In this document: positions 49,478-62,160 of the stretch, piece by piece
Layout of the letters: every line of letters begins with the position of its first letter
How positions within the stretch are numbered: position 1 is the first letter of the stretch
NCBI GenBank assembly: GCA_964016885.1
Contig: OZ024741.1
Coordinates: forward strand, 237,460,001-237,524,000
Direction of reading: 5' to 3'
DNA length: 64,000 nt
Source: Eledone cirrhosa
Lineage: Eukaryota
Position numbers and translations under genes: made by a program
Notes under the pieces: generated by a model
Told to the model about the DNA's origin: nothing
Databases searched by the model: none
The model's input: only the letters and a program-made list of their open reading frames with translations

Positions 49478-50045
49478 ATATATATATATATATTTATATA
49501 GGCAAGCATATGCATGTATAGTTGTTTGTTCTGGTTTTTTTTTAATGGTGTAGAATGCCTTAAAAGAGATTTGGCTGCTATTTCTAGCAGGTCAAGTGAA
49601 TGAGTAAAAGCTTCCCCAAATGTAGAGTTTGCCTCACAAACTGAGGGAAACATGGAATATCTAGAGTTCTGGATCACCTTCCTTTTAGCCCCAGCTTAGC
49701 CCAGATTGAGCAGATTTATGTTCTAGTCATGACCATCCAGTCAATTTTGAACTATAACTTATCAATCAGTAAAATTTCTAGTTAATATTTCATGCAGACA
49801 TACACACACCACTGACATATGTACATATTGAAACTAATAGATATATACACACACATCGTCATCATCATTTTTACATCTGCTTTTCCATGCTTGCGTGGAT
49901 TGGACACATATGACTAAATATATATATATATATATTATGATAAAGAATGAAATAAAAGCAAGGTATAGTAGTGAATTAATCCATTGTTTGGGGATTAATT
50001 ATCTACTATACCTTGTCTTATTTGTTTTCATTGTTCAACATTATA

Positions 50046-50670
50046 CAGGGTAAGTGGAAAGTAATTCCCTATTTAAAATTGTTAATAACTTTATTAATTA
50101 TTGGTCGATTTTCATAAAACATGTTTTGAACAGTATGATGATAGAATTACAGTACAGTGTTAACATTTTACATAGGCACCAGCATTGTCCACCAGTGTTT
50201 GTAATCGTCTGGGTATATCCTTGACTGACTTCATCAGGAACTCAGGCAGTATGTTGGTTAGTACATGATACATGACGAATGTGTTCCTTCAACTGAGAGT
50301 TTTCGATATTGAGTTATACATTTCTTCCTTCACCCACCTGCACAGGGAAAATGGCATGGCGTTAAATCTTGATGGCCATTCAAGTGGACCTTGATGACTC
50401 AGCCAACGTCCTACATGCAAAATGAGGAGGGCCCCCATTTTGCATGAATATGAGGTCATTGATGTTGTCCCAAGTGGTCACTGTAGGCCAAACATATTCT
50501 TGTAGCATGGTTAGGGAGTTTCTTTCCACCCACCCTGATTCTGTAGTGTTTGAATACTCAATGACATGTCATGAGACACCACATTTCCACAAAAACAAAT
50601 TTTGCTTTGCTTCGATGCGATATTCACCAGAACTCTACACCAAGTTCTAAAATGGTTATATGTCCTGCCT
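50046..50670 (-). mobile_element. Tc1/mariner-superfamily transposase relic
   Basis: Minus-strand FMQNGGPPHF (QDGAPPH), GRWLSHQGPLEWPSR (WPPRSPDL) and WVKEEMY; ta|cagggt terminus. Confidence 0.8.
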
Positions 50671-50692
50671 TAATTAATTAGAACATTACTGA

Positions 50693-50735
<43 letters not shown>

Positions 50736-50765
50736 CTCTAAAGAACCTATATATATATATATATA

Positions 50766-51300
50766 TAATTGGTGTGGGATGCTTAAAGCGTCTGTATGCG
50801 GTAGGCCGTTTGAGCACTCAATGCTCTTACAGAGCAGAGTATAATATCGCATAAGAAACGGAGAATCAGTGGTGTGACGAATTAGAGTTTATTAGACATA
50901 TTACAATAATTTCTCTGGCAACCAACTCAAGGTATGATCAATGCGATGATCAAACCTGACTCTGAAATTGCAAGATCCTCAGATACGTCTCGATTCTTCG
51001 AAGCAGATTTTCCATATGTCACGTGACATATGAAAGGAACCAGATAAATGACGGCCATGAGTGGTCAGAAATACCGATGACCACTCATCGACAGACAACA
51101 ACAGGATACAAGCTGGCGAGCGAAGGCCGCGGGAGTAACTGGACATTTGGAAACTCTGCTTCGAAGAATCGAGACGTATCTGAGGATCTTGCGATTTCAG
51201 AGTCAGGTTCGATCATTGCATCGATCGTGCCTCGAGCTGGTCGCCAGAGAAACGATTGTAATATATCTAATAAATTTTAATTTGTCGCACCACTGATTCT
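50766..51300. mobile_element. Foldback mini-element C with type I hammerhead (51172-51268 on plus; mirror copy on minus)
   Basis: About 158-bp arms at 50862-51020 and 51142-51300, about 18 mismatches; left arm has a ~96-nt tail ending in (TA)n. Confidence 0.85.
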
Positions 51301-53207
51301 TTTTGGTTTCTTTTGTGGAAATATTGCTCCTGACTTTAATGACTCGTTTGTACAAATTATTTAAAACTTTTCATGCCAAACTACCTGAAACTGGTCCCAT
51401 GAAACAAAACCACCCATTTTAAAGGATTCCTATTTAAATTCAAATCCTACAACATAATTTTATATAAGAACCATATTTTAAGTTACTATCTCAGCAATGA
51501 AATAATTAAGAATTTTAGTAAGTCCTTTAAAATTTAAAGAAGTAATTCAAGTAGAGTGTATTTCATTAAAAATATGGTAAGAGAATGGTTAACTCTTTAG
51601 CATTTATGTTACTCTCTATATATTATTGTATTTTCCTAGTAAAGGCTTTATCTCACATAATATCTCATATAATATTGAATCTATAAGATTTTGATATTAT
51701 TTATTTTGAGAACAATACCTTAACATCAGTATGAGTGGCCAGTTATGGCCAGTTTGAACAGAAAAAGGTAAGAGAATTCTGGCCAGATATGGCCGGTTTA
51801 AATGCTAAAGGGTTAAACTACATTTTGAACCTTTTTATGTTTACAATATTGCTGCTGAAATTAATAGCTCATATGTAAAACTTTGAATCATCATTTGAAT
51901 CTTTGGAGTTAAAAAATCATTTATAAAATTGAATTTATATATGTTGCATATATCTCTGTCAAATGACATTAGTCAAGCATTTCCCATCCCCAAAATATTG
52001 ATTTCTAATATAGGCTCAAGACAAATAAATTTCGAGGAAGGGCAATGTTGATTAAATTAACCACAGTACTTGACTGGTATTTTATTTTATAACACACAGT
52101 CCACGCTGTAATGTAGGCAATACGGTAAAAACCTCCCAGTCCACACTGTAAACGTGGTTGGTGTTAGGAAGGGCATCCAGCCGTAGAAAACCTGCCAGAC
52201 AGTCCTATACGAGCAAGACAACCAATCTTGCCTCACGTGGGACAATTCCCGTTTAAACCTATGCTAGCATGGAAGATAGACATTAAACGATGATGATGAT
52301 GATGATGATGACCCCAGAAGGACGAAATGTAAAATTAACTTTGGTAGGATTTGAACTCAGAATGTAAAGAGTAAAAGCAAATACTGCGATGGCATTTTAT
52401 CTGATGTGCTACCAACTCTACCAATACATTACTCTATTTTCCAAAGAAATACTAATGTTATCCTGCACATATTAATATGTAGGACCTGTTTAATACTTTT
52501 AGTAATAAGATGTTTTGAAATTGTCAGTATATAGTAAAACAATAGCCTTTTGAAAACGTGAGAAGCCTAAACATAGAAAATAACTGTAGTAACAGTCAAT
52601 CACAATAGTTAATAGCTGAGAAAATTGGGTAAGTTACTCTTAGAGACAGAAAATGTGGACAAAGGCACGAGGTTTATTTTCATCCAGCTACAATAACTTT
52701 TTATATTTCCAATAAAGAAACAGTAAGAAAAATATTTGAAACTGCAAAATACGTAGAATAATGTGTATTCTTTTGAGGAGAGCATATAGTGGTTCACTCG
52801 TTCACGCTCCAAAAGTTTGAAATGCTGTTTCAATTTTTTAAAGATGAAAAATGTAATTACAAATGCAAATATATTTATGCACTTATATTTATGTACATGG
52901 TCATCATTTGAATTGAACACATTTTGAGAAAATGAGGGTATCCACATTTGATTCACGTCCTCCCCTTTTCCCATTTTTTTAAATTCATTCTCACACACTG
53001 TCTTTTTCTCTGAACTTCTTACAACTCTCTCTTTTTCTGTCAACCATCATCACTCACTCTCTAGCAGGAAGGGAAATGCAGAGGAGATTAGAAAGGAAAA
53101 GAGTGTGTCGACAGGCCTCTTTATTAATTTGTGCTAAAGAGAAGTAAAGTGACATGTAAGATCAGACAAAACAACTCAAATGTAGATAAGGCTTCCTTCC
53201 TTTCATT

Positions 53208-53466
53208 TAAAGTACCAGTAATGCACTGGGTAATTGCTGGCCTTGTGCCTAAAGTAGAAACAATTATTGATACTTAGGGCGGTGGATTGGCAGTATCGGT
53301 AGAGTGTCGGACGCCATGCTTTCCAGCATAGTTACGTCCCTTTACGATCTGAGTTCAAATCCCGCCGAGGTTGACTTTGCCTTTCATCCTTACGGGGTCG
53401 ATAAAATAAAGTACCAGTAATGCACTGGATAATTGCTGGCCTTGTGCCAAAAGTAGAAACAATTAT
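53208..53466 (+). mobile_element. SINE family 1 copy preceded by a duplicate of its own 3' end
   Basis: 53208-53268 repeats 53407-53468; tattgatactt occurs on both sides of the full copy. Confidence 0.85.
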
Positions 53467-55583
53467 TGATACTTCATTAAAGCTCCAACAGTTCATCAAG
53501 TAGTAATAGAAGACAGTTTCACCTTATAGATAGTACATTTATATATTATATGTTTGTATCTCTTGATGTGTGTGCCGAAGGTAATCTTGTTGATAGCTGC
53601 ATATAATTTATATATGTATGACTGTATGTTAAAGATAAATCTATTGATTGCTGCATATAAGTCTATGTATGGCTATATATGAGTATGTCAAGATAATCCT
53701 GTTGATAGCTACATATAAGTCTATATATGTATGGCTATGTATGTGTGAAGGTATCTGTTGACATTTGTGTTTGGTGTAATCAGTTGGCCTCTCACACTGC
53801 TTTTTGCCACTTCTCATCAATTCTTATGATCACCCTACTGTGACTTTCATCCTCTGAAAGGCAATGCACACACTTTTCTTTCTTTATCTCCCCCCCCCCC
53901 TTCTTTACCCCTGTGGCTACACATTTTGCAATTTTTCAGTTTATTTCTAATAAGACTCTCAGTTTTACCATAAATGTATAGAAAGAGGTTATTAATTCTG
54001 TGATGTCACTGATGACTGAGCCTGCAGTCTGTAGTCAAGCCTTGTAAGGTTCAACCAGTATGTTTTTTTTATTTTTTGTAAGCTAAAATATGATGAATAG
54101 ATTGCAAGTGAGAGGTGTCAATCACCTTGACTGGGTATATATATATATACATATATATACACACACATATATACATACTTACACTCATATATTTATCGAA
54201 TTGCAACAAAGTAGTACTGATGCCACAACAAAAAACACCCAGTCTACCCTATAAGGTGGCAGTGTAGGTGCCACAACGAAAGGCACATAGTCCACCCTGT
54301 AAAATGGTAGTGCCTGAGTCATGATAAAATGCTCCTAGTACACACTCTGAAGTGGTTGACATTAGGAAGGACACCCAACCATAGAAACAATGCCAAAACG
54401 TATCATATGAGCAGGATATGGTCAACTGATCAGTCTGGCCTCAGTACATGACTACATGTCTAGCCCATGCAAGTATGGCAAATAGATATTAAACAGGACG
54501 ATGATGATGAATATGTACATCATCATCATCATCATCATCATCATTTAACGTCTGGTCTCCCTGCAAGTAAGGGTTGGATGGGTCATCACAGACTATGGAC
54601 CGAAGTTAAACATTAAGCTTACATATGTTCTAACGCTCTACTGCTTCCATCTTATCATAGGAACAGCACTAGCAAGGGTGTCTACAGCTGAAAGCCCTTC
54701 CTATCACCAACCACTTTACAGAGTACTAAATGTGTTTATTGTGTAGATCATGAACACTAGAAAGGTTGACATGTTATATCTTTGATACAACTGAAGAGTC
54801 CTCCTAACATTTTTGGAATGGGTTCTACAGCTGGATGCTCTTTCTACCACTCACCACCTTACAGGGTGTATTGAGTGCATTTTTCTTGGCAGCAGCTCTA
54901 GAGAGGTTGTTGGACATAGACTGGACTGAAGGGTCCTCTCTGTCATAAGCTGGGTGGTAAGGTAGAAATAGAATGATGAAGGCAAGAAGAATGATAGGTA
55001 TATCTTGGGGAAGTGACAGGTTTGTTATTTGGTGAAGGAAGGGGAGGGGGGCAAGCGGTGACATGAGAAGAAAGAGGGGGCAGTGGCAGGAATAGCTTTG
55101 ATGTCAATGGGGAGAGGAGTTTTAAGTGGTGATGTGGAGGTGAGGAGGGATGGTTAGGAGAGACAAGTCCGATGTATGGGGGGGGGGTCAAGTGGTGGTG
55201 TGTAAAAGTGAAGGAGGTGAGAAAAATATATCATGGGAGGTGGGGTGTTTACAAAATGATTGGTGTAGTTTCTAAGGAATGATGAGTGAGTGTGGACCAG
55301 GTCACATAAGGCTACAGTATCGCATATCATCAATACTCATGGTCTTTGTCATCTCTCTTGTGAGATTCAGCTACTTGTATATATATATATATATATACAC
55401 ATATATACATACATGTATATGTATACATACACATACACATATATATACATACATACATATATGTGTGTGTATGTATGTATATATATATGTAGTTATATGT
55501 ATATATATATATATATATGTATGTATATGTATATACATATATGTATGTATATACAGTACATACATATATATATATATATACAT

Positions 55584-55624
<41 letters not shown>

Positions 55625-55828
55625 TGTATATATATATATATATATACATATGTATATATATATATATATAAATATATATATATATGTGTATATATACATA
55701 TATATTTATATATATGTATATATGTATATATACATATATATTTATATATATGTATATATATATTTATATATATATATGTATATATATATGTATGTATATA
55801 TATATATATATGTATATATATATGTATG

Positions 55829-55865
<37 letters not shown>

Positions 55866-55946
55866 GTATATATATATATGTATATATATATATGTATATA
55901 TATATGTATATATATATATATATATATATGTGTATATATATGTGTA

Positions 55947-56093
<147 letters not shown>

Positions 56094-56219
56094 GTGTATA
56101 AATATATAAGTATATATGTGTATATATGTATATATATAAGCAGAAGGGATACTTAATTTGTTGGTAATTCAACAAATATAAATGTATGTATGTATATGTA
56201 TATATATATATATATATAG

Positions 56220-56447
56220 TAATAATAATAAATTTGAAGACTAAAATCCAAAGAGGGCTCGATAAGGATAAATATATATCAAATATATAAGAACAGTAGA
56301 GCAAATATTTATTAAAATAACAGATTAAAGTTTAAGCAAAGAATCGCTGCTTTCACCCTTAACGGGATCTTCTGAAACTCTTCTGAGCTTCAGAAGATCC
56401 CGTTAAGGGTGAAAGCAGCGATTCTTTGCTTAAACTTTAATCTGTTA

Positions 56448-56455
<8 letters not shown>
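56220..56455. mobile_element. Foldback mini-element D with hammerhead-like fold
   Basis: Perfect 67-bp arms at 56310-56376 and 56389-56455, ~90-nt tail on the left, (TA)n flanks. Confidence 0.85.
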
Positions 56456-56493
<38 letters not shown>

Positions 56494-56860
56494 TGTGTGT
56501 GTATATATATATGTATATGTATGTATATATATATATATGTATGTATATATATACAAGTATGTATATGTATGAATATAAATATATGTATGTATATATATAA
56601 GTATTGTATATATATGTATGTATATATATATATATACATATGTATATATATGTATATGTATATATATGTATGTATATGTATATATATGCATATATATGTA
56701 TGTATATGTATATATATGTATGTATATGTATATATATGTATGTATATTTATGTATATGTATGTATATGTATATATATATATATGTATATATATATGTATG
56801 TATATGTATATGTATGTATGTGTATATATATGTATGTATATGTATATATATATATGTATG

Positions 56861-56892
<32 letters not shown>

Positions 56893-56908
56893 GATATATG
56901 TATGTATA

Positions 56909-56947
<39 letters not shown>

Positions 56948-57217
56948 ATGTATATATATGTATGTATATATATATATATGTATGTATATGTATGTATATA
57001 TCTATATATATATGTATGTATATATATATATATGTATACATATATATATGTGTGTGTGTGTGTGTATATATATATAAGTATATATGTGTGTGTGTATATA
57101 TATATAAGTATATATGTGTGTGTGTATATATATATAAGTATATATGTGTGTGTGTATATATATCAGTATATATGTGTGTGCGTATATATATATAAGTATA
57201 TATATATGTATATATAT

Positions 57218-57653
57218 AAGCAGAAGGGATACTTAATTTGTTGGTAATTCAACAAATATAAATGTTTATAACTGATTCAGAGCATTCAACAGCTTTCTGG
57301 AGTAAATATTCAATGATATTAAATAAATGGAAATTATATTTATAAAACCATATTTATTCTATTATATATATTTCAAGGGTACCAAAAACTTTGGTACGCT
57401 TTCATCAAATAAAATACAAAGTGTATTTTATAAATTTCGACATAGCCAAGGAAACATACCTTATCAGTTAAATTTTCCTTGGGTAGGAAATTCAACTGAT
57501 AAGGTATGTTTCCTTGGCTATGTCGAAATTTATAAAATACACTTTGTATTTTATTTGATGAAAGCGTACCAAAGTTTTTGGTACCCTTGAAATATATATA
57601 ATAGAATAAATATGGTTTTATAAATATAGTTTCCATTTATTTAATATCATTGA
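57218..57653. mobile_element. Foldback mini-element E (344-bp near-perfect palindrome plus tail)
   Basis: Arms at 57310-57479 and 57485-57653; mirror ORFs 57327..57590(+) and 57373..57636(-) confirm the symmetry; 92-nt left tail. Confidence 0.85.
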
Positions 57654-57661
57654 GTATGTAT

Positions 57662-57692
<31 letters not shown>

Positions 57693-58784
57693 CTAGCATT
57701 AAAGCCCGGCGTTGCTCGGGGTCATTAAGTTACCAAAGTTAGGTTGCACCACCCATTTTATGGCAGCACTTTTTTGTCTGCCAGACACTGGGTGAATGAA
57801 TTGCAGACCTGGAAGCAGGAGCTGCGCCAGCAGTGACAATTGTAGTTTCGCCTATGGATATTATCTCTGTGCAAAAAAGTGTTGAAATTTATTGTTTCAC
57901 AGTACTTGCGCAACACGCGCGTAGACGATGCCAGCCAAACAACAGAGCTGCGATGGAGTTGTTCTGCATGGTTGTCTGTGTGTTTTCTAAATTTAAGACA
58001 GTAGGGAGGGTTGTGATATGAGGGAGAGTTAGCTGTTGTTTCTAGCAGGTTTAGTAACCTCATAGAGGATATGTGTTTTCTAAATTTAAGACAGTAGGGA
58101 GTGGTGTGATATGGGGGAGAGTTAGCTGCTGTTTCTAGCAGGTTTAGTGACCTCATAGAAGATATGTTTTCTAAATTTAAGACAGTAGGGAGGGGTGTGA
58201 TATGGGGGAGAGTTAGCTGCTGTTTCTAGCAGGTTTAGTGACCTCATAGAGGATATTATTGTTTATCATTATCTATAAAAGGCAGATTGTTGTTTTTGTT
58301 GTTGAAGTGAGTGTGTGTTTGTATGCGTTTGGAAAAGAGGTTTTAAAAAAGATTTATCTCTTGTTGAATAAATGTATCTGTTGCTTTTGAATAATTGTCG
58401 TTTCGTATGAAATGTAATAATTTGAAGTATAAAAGAGAAAGTAGGAAAATGTGTGGATTGTAGATAGAGGTAGGCAGATGATATGAGAGAGTAAAACGGA
58501 CAGTATCCTCATCAAGCTTGGAAAGAGAAAGTAGCAGAAGTATGAAGTTGTATAGATTTTGAATGGTAGTAGAAAGAGTTTAGCAGTTTAAATGACAGAG
58601 AAAAATCGTAAAATATTGAGTTTTATCTATTTTTTGCGTAATTGTGGGTGAAATTGAAAAAATGAGATGTGCCAAGATGCAATCGAAACTATTTCGAATA
58701 CTGAATTGTAAATTTCAATTGAAGAAATTCTATATCGTAGATTTCTACAAGAAAGGAGCATGACCACACACTGAGCTTTATAGA
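57693..58784 (-). mobile_element. Non-autonomous Helitron containing a 3 x ~92-bp internal tandem repeat
   Basis: Minus strand A|TC start at 58784; cccgagcaacgccggg hairpin and CTAG|T end at 57693; repeat units start at 57981, 58074 and 58165. Confidence 0.7.
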
Positions 58785-58787
58785 TTA

Positions 58788-58851
<64 letters not shown>

Positions 58852-58852
58852 G

Positions 58853-58921
<69 letters not shown>

Positions 58922-59577
58922 GTATATATATATATGTATATGTATGTATATGTATATATATGTGTTTATGTATATATGTATGTATATGTATATATATATG
59001 TATGTATATGTGTATATATATATGCATGTTTATGTATGTATATGTATATATATATGTATGTATATGTATGAATATGTATATGTATGTATATGTATGTACA
59101 TGTATGTATATGGATATATGTATGAATATATATATATATGTATGTATATGTATATATATATGAATGTATTTGTATATATATATGTCTGATAATATATGTA
59201 TATATATGTATGTATAGGAATATACATATATGTCTGTATATGTATATACATATATGTATATGTGTAGATATATATATGTGTGTATATATGTATATATATA
59301 TATAATATAAAACGAAAAATCTGTGATGCATCTGAACTCAATTTATTGTGTGTTACAATTGTTTCGCCGGCGGACAGCTCGAGACACGATTATTGTGTGG
59401 ATCTGTCTGATTCTGGATGTATATATATGTATATATATGTATATAGATATATATGTATATATCTATATGTATATATATATATATGTATATATATATGTAT
59501 ATATATATATGTGTATATATATGTATATATGTATATATATATATATGTATATATTTATATATATATATGTATATATC

Positions 59578-59610
<33 letters not shown>

Positions 59611-59887
59611 GTATATATGTATATATATGTATATATATATGTATATATGTATATATATATATGTATATATATATGTCTATATATATATGTATATATGTAT
59701 ATATATGTATATATATATATGTATAGATGTATATATATATATATGTATATATATATGTCTATATGTATATATATATATATGTATATATATGTATGTATAT
59801 ATATGTATATATATATATATATATGTATATATATGTATGTATATATATGTATATATATGTGTGTATATATATGTATATATATGTATG

Positions 59888-60032
<145 letters not shown>

Positions 60033-60315
60033 GGAAAAGAATGAAACGAAATTTCATTTCTCACTCTTAGTACGGCTGATACTTAAATGTAAGTATGTAT
60101 GTATACGTACATACATATATGTATACAGACGTACAGTAATATGTATATATATACATACATGCACACACATATATATATATGTACGTATGGGTTTACCGAA
60201 CATTTATTATAATGTTCGAATGTTTGGTTTGTTTGTTTGTAAACAAACAGCCCGAATTACGTCGTACAGTGTTCAGGTAACTATCGTCACCTTTTTGTTC
60301 ACCACTGACACAGGA

Positions 60316-60358
60316 ACGATGTACTAGTTTCAAGCTTACTAGCTATCGTCAGCATCGT
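60316..60358 (-). ncRNA. Minimal type I hammerhead ribozyme with canonical core
   Basis: Minus strand acgaug-CUGACGA-u-agcu/agua/agcu-u-GAAA-cuag-UA-caucgu: 6-bp stem I, palindromic stem III, GUA triplet. Confidence 0.8.
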
Positions 60359-60467
60359 ATACCTTCCTGCCAGATGATTGAACGTCTATATATATATATA
60401 TATGTGTATATATATATATATAAATATATATATATATGTATATATGTATATATGTATATATATATGA

Positions 60468-60523
<56 letters not shown>

Positions 60524-60524
60524 G

Positions 60525-60563
<39 letters not shown>

Positions 60564-60614
60564 GTATATATATATGTACATATATATATATACATATATC
60601 TATATCTCTCTCTC

Positions 60615-60711
<97 letters not shown>

Positions 60712-60752
60712 GTACATATATATATATACATATATCTATATCTCTCTCTCTC

Positions 60753-60825
<73 letters not shown>

Positions 60826-60931
60826 GTATATATATATATAGATATGTATATATATATAGCGGCGATGAGTGTGTTCTGTTATTAATTCTGGCAATATTAC
60901 GCAAATATGACCCTCCCCTATATATATATAG

Positions 60932-61037
<106 letters not shown>

Positions 61038-61668
61038 CTATATATGTATACATCTCTCCACTTCCGCACTACCACACCAGGATTTCCACACCACCGGTCA
61101 CTATTCCAGCTATCCATTCTACGACACGTGAAATCTCCAACATCTTGTCTCACACGCTATATCTTAGGAACATACACACGAACTAATAGATTGTTTTCGA
61201 ACCACGCCACCAACATCCACACCACATATAAACACAAACACACACGTGCGTATCCCCACATACACACACTCAGCCTCCGGACTCCACCCCCCCACCTCAG
61301 CCACACGCACGCACACACCGACTTACATGTACACACCTGTTTCCCTTTTAACTGAACATGGAACCTCGTTCTTCCCCCAACTCTCACCTTCACATACACA
61401 CACACGTACACCTACACCCATACACAAACACCACCTTCAGCCCTCCCCGCTCGGACCCCTCGCCTCCCTCTCCCTTATCACCCCCACCCCCTCCACTCAC
61501 CACCACCCCTTCACGCCTCACACTCTTTCACGACTTGTTTATTTTTATTTGTATTTGTACTTTTAAAAAATTTCCTTTACTCTCTAAAAAATGCCCCCCC
61601 CCCTTTTTAAATGTCCTTCAACCACTCCTCCACACACCCTCTGAACTCTCTACCTACCCACTGTTCTC

Positions 61669-61694
61669 CTGATGAAGGGCTTATGCCCGAAACG
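61669..61694 (+). ncRNA. Partial hammerhead motif in the Penelope-like pLTR
   Basis: CTGATGA-a-gggc/ttat/gccc-GAAAcg; the cleavage triplet and 3' stem I are replaced by a C-run. Confidence 0.65.
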
Positions 61695-61971
61695 CCCCCC
61701 CCCCCCACACACACTTTCAAGCGTGAAACTAAAAACAATATAATTTGTACTGCCTCTCTGTTTTTTGTTCTCTGTTCATTTATTAAATTATACTACACAC
61801 GTTTACACGGCTTCCACACGACCTTGGAGTACCACCTTGACCACCGGCTCAACTCCGATTTAATCCGCCGTGACCAACCTCTGAACTTCTTTGCCCAAAC
61901 TCTCCCACAATACCTTTTCTGTCCTTGTTTAATTTTTTTCTATTCTATTGTATTATTTCTTGATTATTAAC

Positions 61972-62160
61972 GGCGGTGGATTGGCAGTATCGGTAGAGGG
62001 TCGGACGCCATGCTTTCCAGCATAGTTACGTCCCTTTATGATCTGAGTTCAAATCCCGCCGAGATTGACTTTGCCTTTCATCCTTACAGGGTCGATAAAA
62101 TAAAGTACCAGTAATGCACTGGGTAATTGCTGGCCTTGTGCCTAAAGTAGAAACAATTAT
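61972..62160 (+). mobile_element. SINE family 1 inserted in the Penelope-like element, 15-bp TSD
   Basis: tatttcttgattatt at 61954-61968 and 62158-62172. Confidence 0.9.

Noticed and set aside
57327-57636. Pair of near-identical 87-aa ORFs on opposite strands
   Set aside because: A consequence of the palindrome, with no protein-like features.
61972-62160. tRNA gene suggested by A/B boxes (also 6681-6760)
   Set aside because: No cloverleaf; multi-copy with body, tail and TSDs, so these are SINE heads.
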